From the NCBI GenBank assembly GCA_002104905.1, contig MCFE01000068.1:123938-187937 (forward strand): a stretch of DNA of 64,000 nt, in the 5' to 3' direction. The position numbers were made by a program, and so were the translations under genes. This DNA comes from Basidiobolus meristosporus CBS 931.73 (Eukaryota; Fungi; Basidiobolomycota). Below, piece by piece: positions 29,360-43,957 of the stretch; within the stretch, counting starts at the first letter, position 1; every line of letters starts with the position of its first letter. The notes under the pieces are model-generated. The model was given only the letters and a program-made list of their open reading frames with translations, did not search any database and was not told where the DNA came from.

Positions 29360-32234
29360 ATGTCTTCTAATCCCAATGGTTCGGGTAGCGGTCAGCGCCT
29401 TCGCTCATCTTCGCCCCTTCTACGTCTTCCCTCTTCCCCTGGTGCCTCCAATTCTATCGGCCCGTCGTCTCCTATGAACATGCCCTCATCCCCTCCATTC
29501 GCTGCACCTGGACCTTCTAAACGTTTCAGTAACACTCAGGGTACTCCGGGTAAGTTATACTGCCAAGAAATTCCTGTCGATACGAGCTAATATTCTGTTA
29601 TAGATGTCTCTTCTCCACTGTATTACCCACCCTCGTCCCCATACCCCAGCAGCAGTGGCGCACGTGAAAGACATCCATTCTCATCAAACACCGATTCGTT
29701 GTTCAGTATGCCTAGTACTCCTGATGCCGGAGGTGTATCCAGAAGGTAGAGTGGAATCTTTGTTCTCTGACACTTCAGCCAATAACAATCGTGTCCCTTC
29801 CAGGATCCGTGGAGATATCCATAGTAACCAGAACCTGTCCAGACAGTACGAATCGACGGTGAGCGATATACGCGAGCCATCTAGCGGCCTGGCTGGTTCG
29901 TCCCAGCTCAACAGTGAGGCCGAGGGTCCTGTTCGCCTTATTTGGGGCACAACCATCAACATCCAAGATGCTACACTTACGTTCAAGAACTTCCTCCTCC
30001 ACTTCAAGCGCAAATACAGACTTCAAAAAGAGGGATTGCCGGTATTGGAGTCGGATGATGAGCCATTCTACCCTAAGCTCCTACAACAGGTAAGTCTATT
30101 TCCTCTATATGGCCATGCTGATCAGTGGCTAAGACCGTGGAATTTCTAGATGAAAGATACCGAAATGTACAATCTGAACTTGGATTGTGCCAATCTTCGC
30201 GCTTACGAGCCTTCGAAAAAGCTATACCAGCAACTTATCCGCTACCCTCAAGAAATCATCCCATTGATGGATCACACCTTGTCCGAGGTCTTCCAGGATT
30301 TGTTTGAGGACGAGGAAGTCAGCCAAATTCCTTTGAAAGTTCGACCATTCAACCTTGAAAGCTCAGTGAACCTGAGAGAGTTGAATCCATCCGACATCGA
30401 TCAACTTGTGTCGGTCAAAGGCTTGCTGATTCGAGCAACCCCAATCATCCCCGACTTGAAGCAAGCGTTCTTCCAGTGCTCGGTATGTGAGAATACCGTC
30501 ACGGTTGGCATCGATCGAGGAAAGATTGCCGAGCCTACCAGATGCCCCCACATCCACTGTAACTCTGCCGACACGATGACCTTGATCCACAACAGATGCT
30601 TGTATTCCGACAAGCAGGTTGTCCGTCTCCAAGAAACTCCCGATCATGTCCCCGATGGCCAGACACCATACACCGTCTCACTGTGCCTTTACGATGATTT
30701 GGTCGACGTCGTCAAGCCAGGTGACCGCTTGGAAATTACTGGAATCTATCGCACTGTTCCTGTCCGCATTAACTCTCGCCAGAGAAGTGTCAAATCGCTG
30801 TACAAGACTTACCTCGATGCTGTTCATATTAAAAAGTCGAGCGACAAGAGACTTGCCGTCGATACGTCCAGCTTAGTTGCCGAGAACGAGTATGTTGTTA
30901 ACTACGTGGAAGGGGACGAGTTAACTAACAACCAGGCCGAGGACAACAGCGACATCTTTGAGATCTCCAAGAGACCTGATCTGTACGAGCTGCTCTCGAA
31001 ATCATTGGCCCCTAGCATCTATGAACTGGAGGATGTGAAGAAGGGAATCCTCTTGCAACTCTTTGGCGGCTCCAATAAGACATTCAACAAGTCCGGCGCA
31101 CCACGCACCAGAGGTGATATCAACATTCTACTGGTGGGTGACCCAGGTACCAGTAAATCCCAGATGCTTCAGTATGCCCATAAGATTGCCCCTCGTGGAA
31201 TCTATACTTCCGGCAAGGGATCTTCTGCCGTTGGTTTAACCGCCTATATCACAAGAGATCCTGATACCAGACAGATTATCCTGGAGTCGGGTGCGCTTGT
31301 ATTAAGTGATGGCGGTATCTGCTGCATTGATGAGTTCGATAAGATGTCGGATTCCACTCGGTCAATTCTTCACGAAGTCATGGAACAGCAAACTGTATCC
31401 GTCGCCAAAGCAGGAATCATCACAACCCTGAATGCACGTACTTCCATTCTTGCATGCGCCAACCCCATTGATTCCAAATGGAACGATCGTCTCAGCGTTG
31501 TAGAGAATATCAATCTGTTGCCGTCACTCCTGTCTAGATTCGACCTGGTGTATCTAGTGCTTGATAGCGCCGACGAATTCAACGACAGACGGTTGGCCAA
31601 GCATCTTGTTTCCTTGTATCTTGAAGATACACCAAGCACTGAAGTCAACATCTTGCCAACGACCACGCTTACCAAATACATCTCCTACGCCAAGAAGAAC
31701 ATCCACCCTGTGATTAGTGAGGATGCCTCTGCCGCCTTGGTTAACTCGTATGTGGAATTGCGCAAGGTAGGGGAAGATCATCGTGGTAGGAATAAACGAA
31801 TTGCTGCTACCACTAGACAACTCGAGTCGATGATTCGTCTCTCCGAAGCACACGCACGTATGAGATTCTCGGAGACAGTGGATGTGGTGGATGTAACCGA
31901 AGCCTCACGACTTCTTCGTGAAGCGCTCAAGGAGTCGGCTACGGATCCTACCACAGGCCAGCTCGATGTCGACCTGCTGACCACAGGAATCAGCAGACGC
32001 CAGCGTGAAGAAACCAGCGTCATGGGCAACGAAATGCTCAAGTGTTTACAAGAATTAATTAATCAGGGTAGAAACGACTCCGTTCGGTACGAAACACTCT
32101 TCAAAAAGTTTGCTGAGCAATCACAGGGCCTTCGCGGGAACGAGTTCGAGTTCGCACTAAGAAACCTGGAAAACAATGGATCAGTCAGCATTGTGCAACA
32201 CGGGCAACACCGCTATGTACGCAAATTAGACTAA
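29360..32234 (+). CDS. MCM4: DNA replication licensing factor MCM4
   Basis: LIWGTTIN, zinc motif CSVC...C...C, INILLVGDPGTSKSQ, CCIDEFDKM, SLLSRFD and ATTRQLESMIRLSEAHA. Three exons. Confidence 0.97.
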
Positions 32235-33110
32235 ATGCATCGCTTCACTGTTGTTACGTCCTATATGTGCAGTTTGGCAACAGCCTGGATTTGTAGTGTA
32301 ACAAATAATCCATCTCCAAACCCTATGTAGATTTTTCCTTATCAAGCGGGTCTGTTTATAGTTCCTACCACAGTTACTCAAGCTTTCTTCCAATATTAAA
32401 TCGTACATGATAACACCATTTCTTGTCGCAACAGATGCATGTAAATTAGGGCTCCATCTGTAATTAGTAAGTGCAATTAATAGCAGTGTCCAATCGCGTC
32501 TGTCCATTCGTGTCGATCTCATTATCAACAATGCATTTGGCGAAGTAGTCACAACATGGATCTTGGGATCAAGAGGGTTTGGAGCTTGTCTCATCCGATG
32601 TGGATGCCCAAGCTCAGGGTAGTGATGTAGCCACGTAGCCAGCCATGTAGCAATGTCTTGGTGGGAACTGTCATTCTCGATCTTTTCAAATGTTGATTGT
32701 GTTCCCCCAGATCTTATCCTGTTTGTACCTTGTTTTCCTTTTCATCTCATTCTCTGGATTCCTTCCTCCCTTTTACGTGTCGGTGTTAGATTTTTAGATT
32801 CCCCTGAGTTTAATATTCATTGTTAGTTTGCTTTGCAGGTACATTTCAATACTCTTCGAGCAGCACTAGAGACACTTGCTTTACTTGTCCATTGAAGTTC
32901 TTGCTTTCTTTTTTTACTCGAACCGTTTATATTACGTACGGCATAATTCCAATCCCAACATTCTTCGTTTTCTCCTAGATTTTTTCATACAGACTTGCCT
33001 TTTCCACCTATCATCCCCTTTTGAGAGTAACTTGTGGAAGCGCCGATAAACATCGAACGAAGGAGTCGAGCAACTTCTCAGCCAATTCGACGACTCCACA
33101 GTCAGCGTAG

Positions 33111-36100
33111 ATGAGCGTTCCCGTGGTCGCCATTGAGATCCCGCGGGAGATGCAAACTGAGTATGCCTACTCGTCAAGCGAATTGGATAGTCCATACAGA
33201 AAGCTGACGAGATGCGGATCAATTCATTCAGCACACAGCAACTCAAGTTTTCTCACCATCAACACCTTCCCCGGCGAAACCAAGTCAGTGACTTGGGAAA
33301 ACCTACTGTCGGAAGTAGAAAGTTCTATCAACGGTTTAGAGAACCGCGGATATGTAAGACAGGTACGTAAAGTGTTGTCTAGTATACGCCAAGTACTCCT
33401 CGCGTCCGGTACGCTTCACTGGAGCTCAGAAGCACTGCAGCACCAAGATTTATCTGAGCAGTTGCATAAAGTCGTTGGGGAGGCCAACTGGTTAGTGGTA
33501 ACATGCAAATTGGCCGAGAGTATCTGGCCACCGAACGACATTATCAACAAACTTCGGTCACAGTCGAAGCTCCTCCTGAACTCGGTCCATCGTTTCGCGG
33601 ATTTGGCGCGGGACCATAGAGTCAGTTTGCATCCAGTCCCTGCTACGGAAGGCGGCTCAATCTATCAGCAAACCAATTGTTCCAGCGAGTCGATTTTTCG
33701 TAAAGAAATCGATTTGCAAGGCGCCAGCTACAGTGAGGAAGAGTTTATTCATCAACTGGATTTATTCGCCGAGGTGATCATATCCAAGGTCTCGAAGGTT
33801 GCGAAATCGGCAAATCGACTCTCCTTGGACGCGCACTACACGGGGGAGCTTGTCGACCAGATATACCAGACTGTAGATGCGATTGGTCAGCTGCTCTCAC
33901 TGATCGAAAGTATGAATGTTCCAGCTCCCGAAGATCCCACACTCCTGGATATCCCTTCCAGCATATTGGAGCTTCATCGCGTCTTTCTGGAAAAGAAGGA
34001 GAATATGTATTCGGACGTAAACCAGCTGGTTGCTGGAGCACGCTCCCTACTTGTCGATTTCGTCAGAGGAAATGCGAACGCACCTATGACGGTTTATGTC
34101 ATGCGAGTGTTGGTTTCTTCGGAAGAGCTGGTGATGGCTACAAAGCGATTGCTCTGTGAGAAAGAGTTTGTCGCCCAAATCAGTCTGTTGGATGCCGAAA
34201 AATCCGAATCCGAATTGGTTTTGCTCAAGCGCCGAGCAATCAGCCTGAAAAATTTAAGCGGAGAGGATCTCAGTAGTGGCTGTGAGGGTGAGGAAGGCCA
34301 TCGCCCCAAGCATGAGAAAGCTGGCGAATATGGCGACAACACCATCGGCAGAAACAGCACACGCTCCTCGAGCTTTTCGTCAACATCTTCGGTGTGGAGC
34401 ACTCACACTAATGAAGACTCCAGCACTGGCAAGAGTGAGGCACATAAATACTCGCAGTACTCCTCTGTGGACAATCTAACTTACATGGGACCCAGACGAC
34501 GTGCCCCTTCCGAAGAGGATCCCAAACCAACCTACATGCAAGGAGGGGTCGGGCGCGACAACCGATTGTTTCGGCTGGGCAATTTCTCAGCCCAAACGAT
34601 CCATGTGTGCGAGTCTCCTACAAGTATCGAACCGTCAAGTTCTTTCCCGTCACGTCCAATGACTCAAGCGGGTCAACAAAAGCCAAGGAAACAATCAGTA
34701 TTCGATTTTCGCAGACCACCAGCCTCTTCTGCCCAACCGCCAGCCACCATTTCATCCAAGCTATCGTTTTCGCTAGGCTTCAACTCGAACCGAAGACCAT
34801 CCCTGCCTGTTACATCAGTGCTTTCCTCCAATAATGGAGAGAAGCCACAGAAGAAACTAGGTGTGTTGTTGAAATGGACTTGTGTCAATAGGAAGACTAA
34901 CACTGTTACAGGGTTCTTCCGCAAACGCTCGATTTTTGATCTTTCAGGCAAGAGTGACCCATCTCCAGAAGTTAACGTAAGCACTGCTTTGCCGAACTCC
35001 ATGGATGCTACGAGGATACTAAGTTCGTTTAGGGAGGAAAAAGTCACGAATGGTATCTTGGATACGACTACACCGACGAAGAGACTGTTTTCAATAATGA
35101 AGGTCAGCTGATAGGTGGCACAATACAAGCTCTTGTCGAAAGATTGACTCTTCATGACACCTCAATCGGTAGGTCTTTTTTGGACGTTTATATGACTAGT
35201 AATTAACGCCAAGCCTATTTAGATTCGGACTTCGTGAATGTGTTTCTACTAACGTTTCGAAACTTCTGCTGCCCAAGCAACTTCTACCAGCTGCTTCTGG
35301 CGAGGTTTAAATTACGCCCGCCACAAGGGCTTACTGGAACACAACTGAAAGTTTGGAATGAACGTAAACTCACGCCTATACGTCTAAGGTAAATCCGGCT
35401 ACTCTCAGGCCTATTCATTCTTTAACACTATTGGTAGGGTTCACAATATCCTGAAAACCTGGCTCGAATCGTATTTCTATGAGGATGAAGACCGTGAATG
35501 TTTGGGACCAATCCTACATCTGGCCCAGAATGACATGAAGAATATCATGCCCATACCGGCAGAAAGGCTGGTCAAGCTTATCAAAGAAAAAGTAAGCGCA
35601 CCCGTGATATGGCTATTGACGATACTCCCTCACCCTACTTCTAGATGGACCTAATGAAGAAGATGGAGAAGTTCTCGGTCAATACTGGCTCACTGCGCCT
35701 GAAAAACTCCAAATCCGTAGGGAGATTAAAGGCCGCTGCCGCCGCTCAGGTACCCGACGAACCCCCACCAATTACGCTACTCATGAAGTCAACCTTCGAT
35801 CGGCTCTCTGCCCAACAGTACATCCCTCTGGTTGACATTGAGCCGACCGAGGTCGCAAGGCAGCTCACCATTATGGAAAACGAATTGTTCTGCTCTATTC
35901 GGCCCCACGAACTGATAGGCCAGGAGTTTTCCAAGAAGGAAGAGAGCTTATCCTTCAATGTACGACAGATGTCCAAGATGAGTACCAAAGTAAGTTGCTC
36001 GTGACAGGTTTTAATGGTTTATATCTTCTAATACTTCGGATCAAAGATTACTGAGTGGGTGGTATACAGCATCATCAAAGAGGACAACATTCGTTTACGT

Positions 36101-36817
36101 TTGGACCTCCTTCGGTACTTCATCCGACTAGCCGAAGTAAGTTCCTCGCACCCATCTTGCCGACCTTGATCAAACCTAATGCTGGTTCTATGTAGAAATG
36201 CTATTCTCTTAACAACTTCCAAACACTCCTGGCCATCATGTGCGGGCTGAACTTGTCCACAGTATCCAGACTAAAGCGCACTTGGAGCGTATGTTGATTT
36301 TTGATGGATTTACTGCATGCGAACTATCTCTCACTGTGAATTATTCAACATCTAGCTTCTCCCAAGTAAATACGAGATGCTGATTGATACTCTGCGCCAC
36401 ACCACCGATCACAACCGAAATTACTATGAGTATCGTAGGCACATCAAGCAAGCCTCGCTGCCTTGCCTGCCGTTTATGGGTAAGTTTCCAGCCACATTGG
36501 ACAATGGGCATTCACTAAGCGTATTATCAGGAGTGTACCTCACAGATCTGACATTCATGGACGACGGAAACCCCTCTTTCCGGCGTACCGACCTACAAGT
36601 AATCAACTTCAGTAAACATGTAAAAACCGTGAGAATCATTCAAGAGATACAGAGATTCCAAGTCCCCTACAACCTGACATCAGTACCAACCTTGCAGACC
36701 TATCTTCGTCAACAAATAGATGCATCTTCCGGCTGGAATCCAGAGGAGTTGTACGAATTAAGCCTTCAGCGCGAACCAAGGAAGGAGGCACTGCCCAACA
36801 GAGCAGGCTCGGCTTAG
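33111..36817 (+). CDS. Cdc25-like Ras guanine nucleotide exchange factor, paralog 1 (no SH3 seen)
   Basis: N-terminal helical region with IWPP motif, REM (FVNVFLLTFRNF...RFKLRPP) and CDC25 domain (EPTEVARQLT, PCLPFMGVYLTDLTFMDDGNP, INFSK). Confidence 0.88.
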
Positions 36818-37110
36818 TATAAACCATGTATTCACCATCATTGTTATGGCAAGGTAAATTAATCATACCCTTCCCGTGCCTCCCCTCCTCCATCTGTATA
36901 ATTTCATCGCAATCAGTCATAAATATAATTTATGTAATTCAGTAATAAATTCAACCTGGCTCATCCTCATCTATGCTTCCAAACAATTAATTTGATGCAG
37001 GGCGATTCCTTCTCTCTCCCGTGACTTTATCAATCCTGCAGGATCCAAATGAAAGACCACCTGTGACGAGGTTAAACCAGGATTTACAGGAATCCAAGAG
37101 CGAACATGCA

Positions 37111-37194
37111 GCAGAAGAGCAATCAGTACATTGACGTATGAGGAAGCCACTGCAGAAGAGCAATCAGTACATTGACGTATGAAAAAGCCACTGC
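37111..37194. repeat. 41-bp tandem duplication
   Basis: GCAGAAGAGCAATCAGTACATTGACGTATGA(GG/AA)AAGCCACT occurs at 37111 and 37152. Confidence 0.9.
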
Positions 37195-37707
37195 TGAAAA
37201 ATCCTCGGGGATTTCGATTGTTTGTTGCAATGGCATCGGCAGTATGCAACTTGTCACCAAACAACACAATTCGGAAGGGGGCATAACTCCTAAAGTGCTG
37301 AAATTTACATGAGCGGGATCCTGTTGGCAGCCACGGCCCCCTTTCGCAACGACCGCCTTACTGCAAGAAAGTTCCACCGCGCTAGCAGACATAAACTCAA
37401 CGGGAACTTCTCACCCTGTCATCTCGGTATGCAGCCTAGGATCAAGCAATAGAAAGCCATTTGCATGCGATTCATGAAAATCTTTCAGGCAAATTAAGTA
37501 GAATCAGGGACTCCGATGAATATTTCTATTGCCTCGTTACAGCAAGTTGGATTCGAGGTGAAACAGCAATTTATGGATCTTCGTTGATTGTCTGCGATTG
37601 TCTGTTATACACCTCATACGCCTCAACCCTGAGATGTCGGAAACCTATATAAAGTGGGCGCTTTTAGGTTCCCGCTCATTTTTGCTCCTTTACAACCCCT
37701 ACTGCGG

Positions 37708-40700
37708 ATGGAAGACGATTATCTTGGCCCAAGTACGGTGTTGGTGCGAACCTTAGTCGATTACGTTCCCACCTACAACGCCTGTTTGCCCTTCAAACAA
37801 GGCCAACTCATCCACGTTCATAATAAAGACGATTCTGGCTGGTGGGACGGCACATGTAATGGATTGAGAGGCTGGTTCCCCAGTAGCTACGTGGTGACCG
37901 TGGAGGAAGTGGACAGTAAGAGCAACCCGTTTCACTTGAGCCATTTCAACCAGGTACGGTCTCGGTCTTGGCCACCTCTGTCCATGCACTAACCTTCCAA
38001 CCCAGTCCCCCGATACAGACGTATCGAGCATTGCTTCATATATAGGCGAGTCTGATTTTGCCATCCCCAAGCCAGCCGTACACGAAAGTGACACCGACTA
38101 CGATTCGATCGGAAACGCATCCGACGAGGCTTTGGAGGCATGCAGTACACCCGAAAAAGAGCATCCGTTCCCGACGGCTCAACAGGTAAACCACTCCACC
38201 TACTTTACCTGGAGGAATTCCAAGCCTAATCATAAAATCTCCAGCTTCCTGAGTACTGGCACACAAAAACCACCTCTCAGGGGCAACGCTACTACTACAA
38301 CGTGATCACAAACGCCACTGCTTGGGATGTCACTGACACGGGAAATAAGGTCGGTTGACAGAGTACCACTAGATAGACTATCACAAGGCTAACTTCCCCT
38401 GGTTAGATATTTCCAGCTCCCAATCTGGATCGAGTGGTTCTCGACGTGTCAAAAGATTTCATGCCAAGCAACACATTAACCCCCGTACCTACATGGGACT
38501 CCTTGGTCCAAAGCATCTACCAATCCTTCTCCGCACTCAACGAATCGATCAAGAAGTATGATCGCGTGTCTTACGGCCACAGCACGGAGACGATCATTGA
38601 GACGGTCAGAAATCTCCTTCTCTCCACTGGGTCAATCTGCTGGGAATCCGAGGCTGCCATAGATAACAAGAGCCTACGTCCGTACCAGAACAGCATCATC
38701 GCCTCATTAAGTCAGCTCGTGCTAACATCCAAAATCGCCAGCGGAATCTGGCCTCCACCTGATATCGAAAACAAGCTGTGCCAGCAAGCACGCCAAGTGC
38801 TGCTTGCAGTGCGCAGCTTTGTCAACATCGGGCGTGACTTGAACCTCGATCTCCGATCGAATGGCTTCCACGGGAATACCTCGGACATGAACGGGGAATT
38901 TCAGGGCAACGTTGAGCTCAATGATTTGGAGTTCATCGAGCAGCTGGATCAGAGCTACCTCAAGATCACGCAGAAGGTGGAGAGCCTGAAAAGCCACATC
39001 TCCTCGGAGGCCATCGAGCCAGACACCTTGGAATCGCTTGTCAAGGACGTAGTCCACGTTGTGGGGCAAGCCCTCTCGCTGGTGGAAGACCTGGTGGAGC
39101 TGAACTTCGACCATGGCAATCCTGATCTTTACAAGAGAATGAGCGACCAGATCCACTACCTACGAGTAATCAAGGAGTCCTTGAAGAATGGTGTGAATGA
39201 TCTGATAACCAATGCCAGCAACGCCTTAGACCAGTTTGCGCCCGAGGACTGTATCAAGTGTCTCTATGATTCTTTGCTTTCCCTCCAAGAGATTGCTGAG
39301 GAGATCCTCAAAAGCACCAAGCTGACCATTGACCTGAAGGAGCGCATAGAGCAGACCCTGCTTCAAGAGGACATCGAGTCGTTCCATGACGACAACATTG
39401 AGGACTCTGATTACTGGGTGCTGAAGAGGAAAGTCAAGAGTTTGAACCTAGTTGCCAGGAGTCGCTCCGATTCTACCTCGTCCTCCCCAGGCACTCCCCA
39501 TGTTTTTGTAATTGACCCTTCGGAGATTGAATCGATGCCCAAGCTGCCTGGCTTGCAAAACCTTTTCAGCGGGGAGACCTATTCCTCGCCACTGGAGAGC
39601 CCGATAGACGATTCAGAGCATCACATCCCTGAGCCCCTTAAACTTTCCAAAAAAGCTAGCTCCGATCCAGGGACCAGCCCCATGCGAAAGGACAAAAGCA
39701 AGCCCAAGGAGCTCAAAGACCTCGCTCAGGGGGCCGAGGCGAGTAGCATGATCGATGCGAAACGCATGTCCAACGCCAAGATCCTGAAATTTTTCGGCGT
39801 AGAGTCGACCGCCAACACCAAGGAAGCCCCGCAAAAGGTACCGGTCGTTTATTGATGGAGATGTCTCTAAACTAAGCCATTGTTTATTAGCGACCTGACG
39901 ACTGGTTCCTTGCCTACGACTACAAACCAGGTGAGATCACCAGAAATGCTACTGGCCAGATAAATGGAGGTACCTGGGAGGCTCTGGTCGAGCAACTTAC
40001 ACTTCATGACACTGCCATAGGTAATAGAGTACGATGGATCTTTCCCAACCCCTGCTAATCTAAATTCTTGATTAGATACGGAATTCACAAACACCTTCCT
40101 GCTTGCGTTCCGGTCTTTCTCCAACCCGATGAAGCTGTCCCACCAGCTGATCTCCCGCTTCAATCTGCAGCCTCCAGAGGGTCTCTCCGAAGAAGAGCTT
40201 GTGGTGTTCAATGAGAAGAAGCTAAAGCCAATCCGGATAAGGTTAGTCGGGCATTGCATATCGCACCCACAAGAGATGGCGATTCACACCTAGTCAACGC
40301 AGAATCTTCAACATCTTGAAATACTGGCTGGAGTCGTACTTCTTCTACGATCAGGACTATGCCTGCCTGGACACACTGTTTCATTTCGCCAACAATACAT
40401 TGACGCAGGGCTTGCCAGTAGCAGCGAAGAAACGGTTGATCACTCTGTTGGAGCAGAAGAAGGTAAGCACCATCTGCCGTGGCTACCGACAGTGCGGATC
40501 ATTAAAATAACGTTGTTTTCAGTCTCGAGAACCCATCAAAATATCGACCATCCCCCAAACAAAACCCCTGGTGAAGGTTAAGGTTAAGGTTAGCGATTCA
40601 TCGTTGGTGGGCGCCTTCCCAGAACCTGCCACAAACTCCCCCATGTTGTCGTGGAACGTGATTCCCTGGATTAAGACTCGGGGGGCCCTGGTGATCGCAG

Positions 40701-41479
40701 ATCTCGATGCCCAAGACATAGCGCGACAGCTGACGTTGATCGACTTCCAGCAGTACTCGTTGATCCAACCAGAGGAGCTCCTGAATCTGGAATTCTCGAA
40801 GAAGGAAGGAAGCAAATCGATCAACGTCAAAGCCTTGACCAAGCTTAGTAACAAGATTACTGGCTGGGTCGCAGAGAACATCATTCGTGAGCGGGATCTT
40901 AAAAAGCGGTGCCATCTGCTGAAACACTTCATAAAGATTGGGGAGCAGTGCTACAAGCTACATAATTATAATACCCTGATGGCCATCATGAGCGCATTGA
41001 ACTCCACCACCATCACCCGTTTGCGAAAGACCTGGGAGCCACTTAGCAACAAGACCAAGGCCACTCTGGAAGCCCTTCGACAGGCAACGGATCATAGCAG
41101 AAACTACTGCGCGTACCGAGCCAAGCTGAAAACCAGCGACATGCCCTGTTTGCCATTCTTCGGGGTATATCTCACCGACCTGACATTCATCCACGAAGGA
41201 AACCCTGCTTACCGTCGCAACGGTGGCGCTTCGATGATTATCAATTTCGACAAGCACTACAAGAGCGTGAAGGTGATCCAGGAGATTCAACGTTTCCAAC
41301 AGACCCACTTCCAGTTCCCAGAACTTCCGGAGCTCCGGGAATTCCTGCGGGAATCACTGGACCGGATAGACTGGGGATCGGACTCGAGTAAGCTGTACGA
41401 GGCAAGCCTCGAGATCGAGCCCAAGGAGGGACGAGATGTCCGGAAGTTGGATGGCTTGATGAGCTATATTCGCCGTTAA
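37708..41479 (+). CDS. Cdc25-like RasGEF, paralog 2 (SH3 + REM + CDC25)
   Basis: SH3 (KDDSGWWDGTCNGLRGWFPSSYV), IWPP region, REM (FTNTFLLAFRSF) and CDC25 domain (DIARQLT, PCLPFFGVYLTDLTFIHEGNP, INFDK). Confidence 0.9.
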
Positions 41480-41874
41480 CTCCAGACGGCTACGCTTAAA
41501 TTTTGAGTAATCTATTGGTATTTATTCATCTCCCGACCTTCCATAATCCTTTTTGCAAATAATAACCATATGGATTTTGTTGGTGCTTCCCTAACACTCC
41601 TGTATATTTAAATAGACACAGAGCGGCCCCTTAGATTATCCACACACATTCCTTCTTGTACCTCTAAACTCATACCTGTTTGACTCATATAGAATAAATC
41701 TCATCTAATCTAAGCTTGCAGTCTATAGTACATGGAAAGTGTGCTGTTATTAGGTGAAAATCTGCCCATTAATTGTAGTAGAGACTGAACATCCTCTGGA
41801 GGTGGTGATGGAATCCTAGCCATCAATGTGGATAAGGGAGAGGGGAGAAGACTGCGTAATGGAAAAAACTTCAA

Positions 41875-43604
41875 TCAGATCCTTAGTGCCTGGACGGTCT
41901 TTCCGAAGCCCACAGCAATCCATTCGGACATTATTGGCGACCAGGAGAGCTGGTTCACCTCTGCCTCGGCTGTGTATGAAAGCAGTGGATCCTGTAAGGA
42001 TTTTGCTGGTCGAGAGGCAGAGAGCTGTCGAAGATCCCACACGAGAACTTCACGGTCATCCCCTACGAGTGAATGTTGGCATGTGTTCAAGGGAAAGTTT
42101 CATTCCATGAGACTAGACTTACCTCCAGTGCAAAGGTGGCTGCTGTTATGAGGGGCCCAGCCAACACAATTGACATTTGCAACATGTCTACGAAGCTCAG
42201 TTACCGGCACTCCGGGTACACGAAGATCCAAAATTTGAACATCGGTAGAATCCATATGGAAGGTTGCCAAATAATTGGCATCAAGCTTGTTGAAGCTCAA
42301 ACGTAAAAGTGGAGCTCCACTTGTCAAACCCCCAGCGGCGCTAGTGTTGGAGCCAGTTACAGCTGGAGTTTCGTAGATAATGGTGGAGTGCTCCAATGAG
42401 CTGGAATATTACCGTCATGTTAATCATCTCGGAGTACCGACCATACACTCATGGGGCACTTACCGAAGGTCAAACATTCGAACGCTGCCATCTGCGCCTA
42501 CGCTGGCAAAGACATCGGCACTACCGCTAGCAAACGCAACATCGTAAACTTCGCGATCGTGAGCAATCAATTGAGTTTTAACTTGTTGTTTCTGATTCGA
42601 AGTTAGTGACGGCTTTCCTGAGGGACGAAGAACCTTTGAACCTACCTCAATATCCCATACTGTGCACGTAGTATCGATGCTACACGTGACTGCTAGCTTG
42701 GGATCAGCATCACACCAGTCAAAGGAAGTCAATGGGGCCGCCAGCTCGCCTTTAGTCTGTGTTTGATCAGAATTAGAAGATGCCCCCTAAACTACGCATA
42801 TCGTGATACTTACGTTGCGAAGCAATGCTCTTTGAACCAAGCGCTGGTGAGTTCGACCAGCAGAGGTCATTCTAGGACTTCCCCCAATGTGGCCGTTGGC
42901 AGGCGCCCCGCTATCAACAAGCTCCCAGAGTCTGAGGTAATCCCCAGAGCTAGCGAGCAAATCTGTGCTAGAGTGACCACCCTGCGTTCAAGCCAGATGA
43001 GTAGTTGGGCTTTGGAGAACCTCAGTCTTCAGCTTACCTTGTAAGGGGCCCAGGTAACTTTGGTAGGAGGATAATGATGATCAACCTCCGCAGAACAATA
43101 AAAATCTCCCGAGGCGTGACGGAATTGCTCTTCAGTCTCTGGGAGTTGAATGATTTGAATCTATCAAGTTAAGAAACACGTTTATACTCCACGGTCCGAG
43201 AGGTTGTTCGCAACGTACGAGCGTACCTTGTTTGCGTATTCCTCGACGAAACTTCCAATTGCTAAACGAAATTTTTGGTGGCCTGGTCTTTTGGACCAAT
43301 CCAAGTAATACACGGGCCAGGGGGCATTATAAGTACAAATCTCTTTTCGGGGCATGACGTCTTGATGGTTTTGGTTGAAATTGGGAGAAGAGCCTTCGTG
43401 CGGACGGGGAGAACTAGGAATCGAGGTGGTTGGAGGGTGCGAGCTGAGTCCAGGTCCACTGGGTCCCTGGAGATTCTCCTTAGGGGGGTATGCTGGTATT
43501 GTTTGGGCTTGTGAGCTAGAAATATGAGGGGGTTGCGAGGAAGCGTACGCGCCGCTATGCCCACTTTGGGATTGATGGGTTGGTAAAAGGCTTGGATGTG
43601 TCAT
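41875..43604 (-). CDS. DCAF7: WD40 protein DCAF7/WDR68/AN11 family
   Basis: [70 protein letters not shown] and [15 protein letters not shown]. Confidence 0.92.
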
Positions 43605-43957
43605 GTCGGGGTGGCCGCTGAATGGATTATTCTCGACAGCTGTTTGGTTTTTTGGAAGGCTTGACTTGACTTGGTGTGTGTATATATATGTATGTATAAC
43701 TTATTTAGTTTAGTGGACCACTTTTGAAGCAAGAAAGGAAGAGTAACTGATGAGAAAATTTAAACTCGGAAACCATCCAAGATCAGAATCGGTTGATAAA
43801 TAAGAAAATCAGTTTATTTCGACAGGGATGTACACTATTTTCCACCATAAATCTTTGAAATTCATATTATTAATCTATTGTATCCATGGAAATAATAAAA
43901 AATAAAACAAGCATACAAATGAAAGCGATGTAAAGTGGAATTATGCAAGAAACTTGA

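Noticed and set aside
40575-40594. GGTTAAGGTTAAGGTTAG telomere-like repeat
   Set aside because: It encodes KVKVKV inside the RasGEF exon and is not a TTAGGG array.
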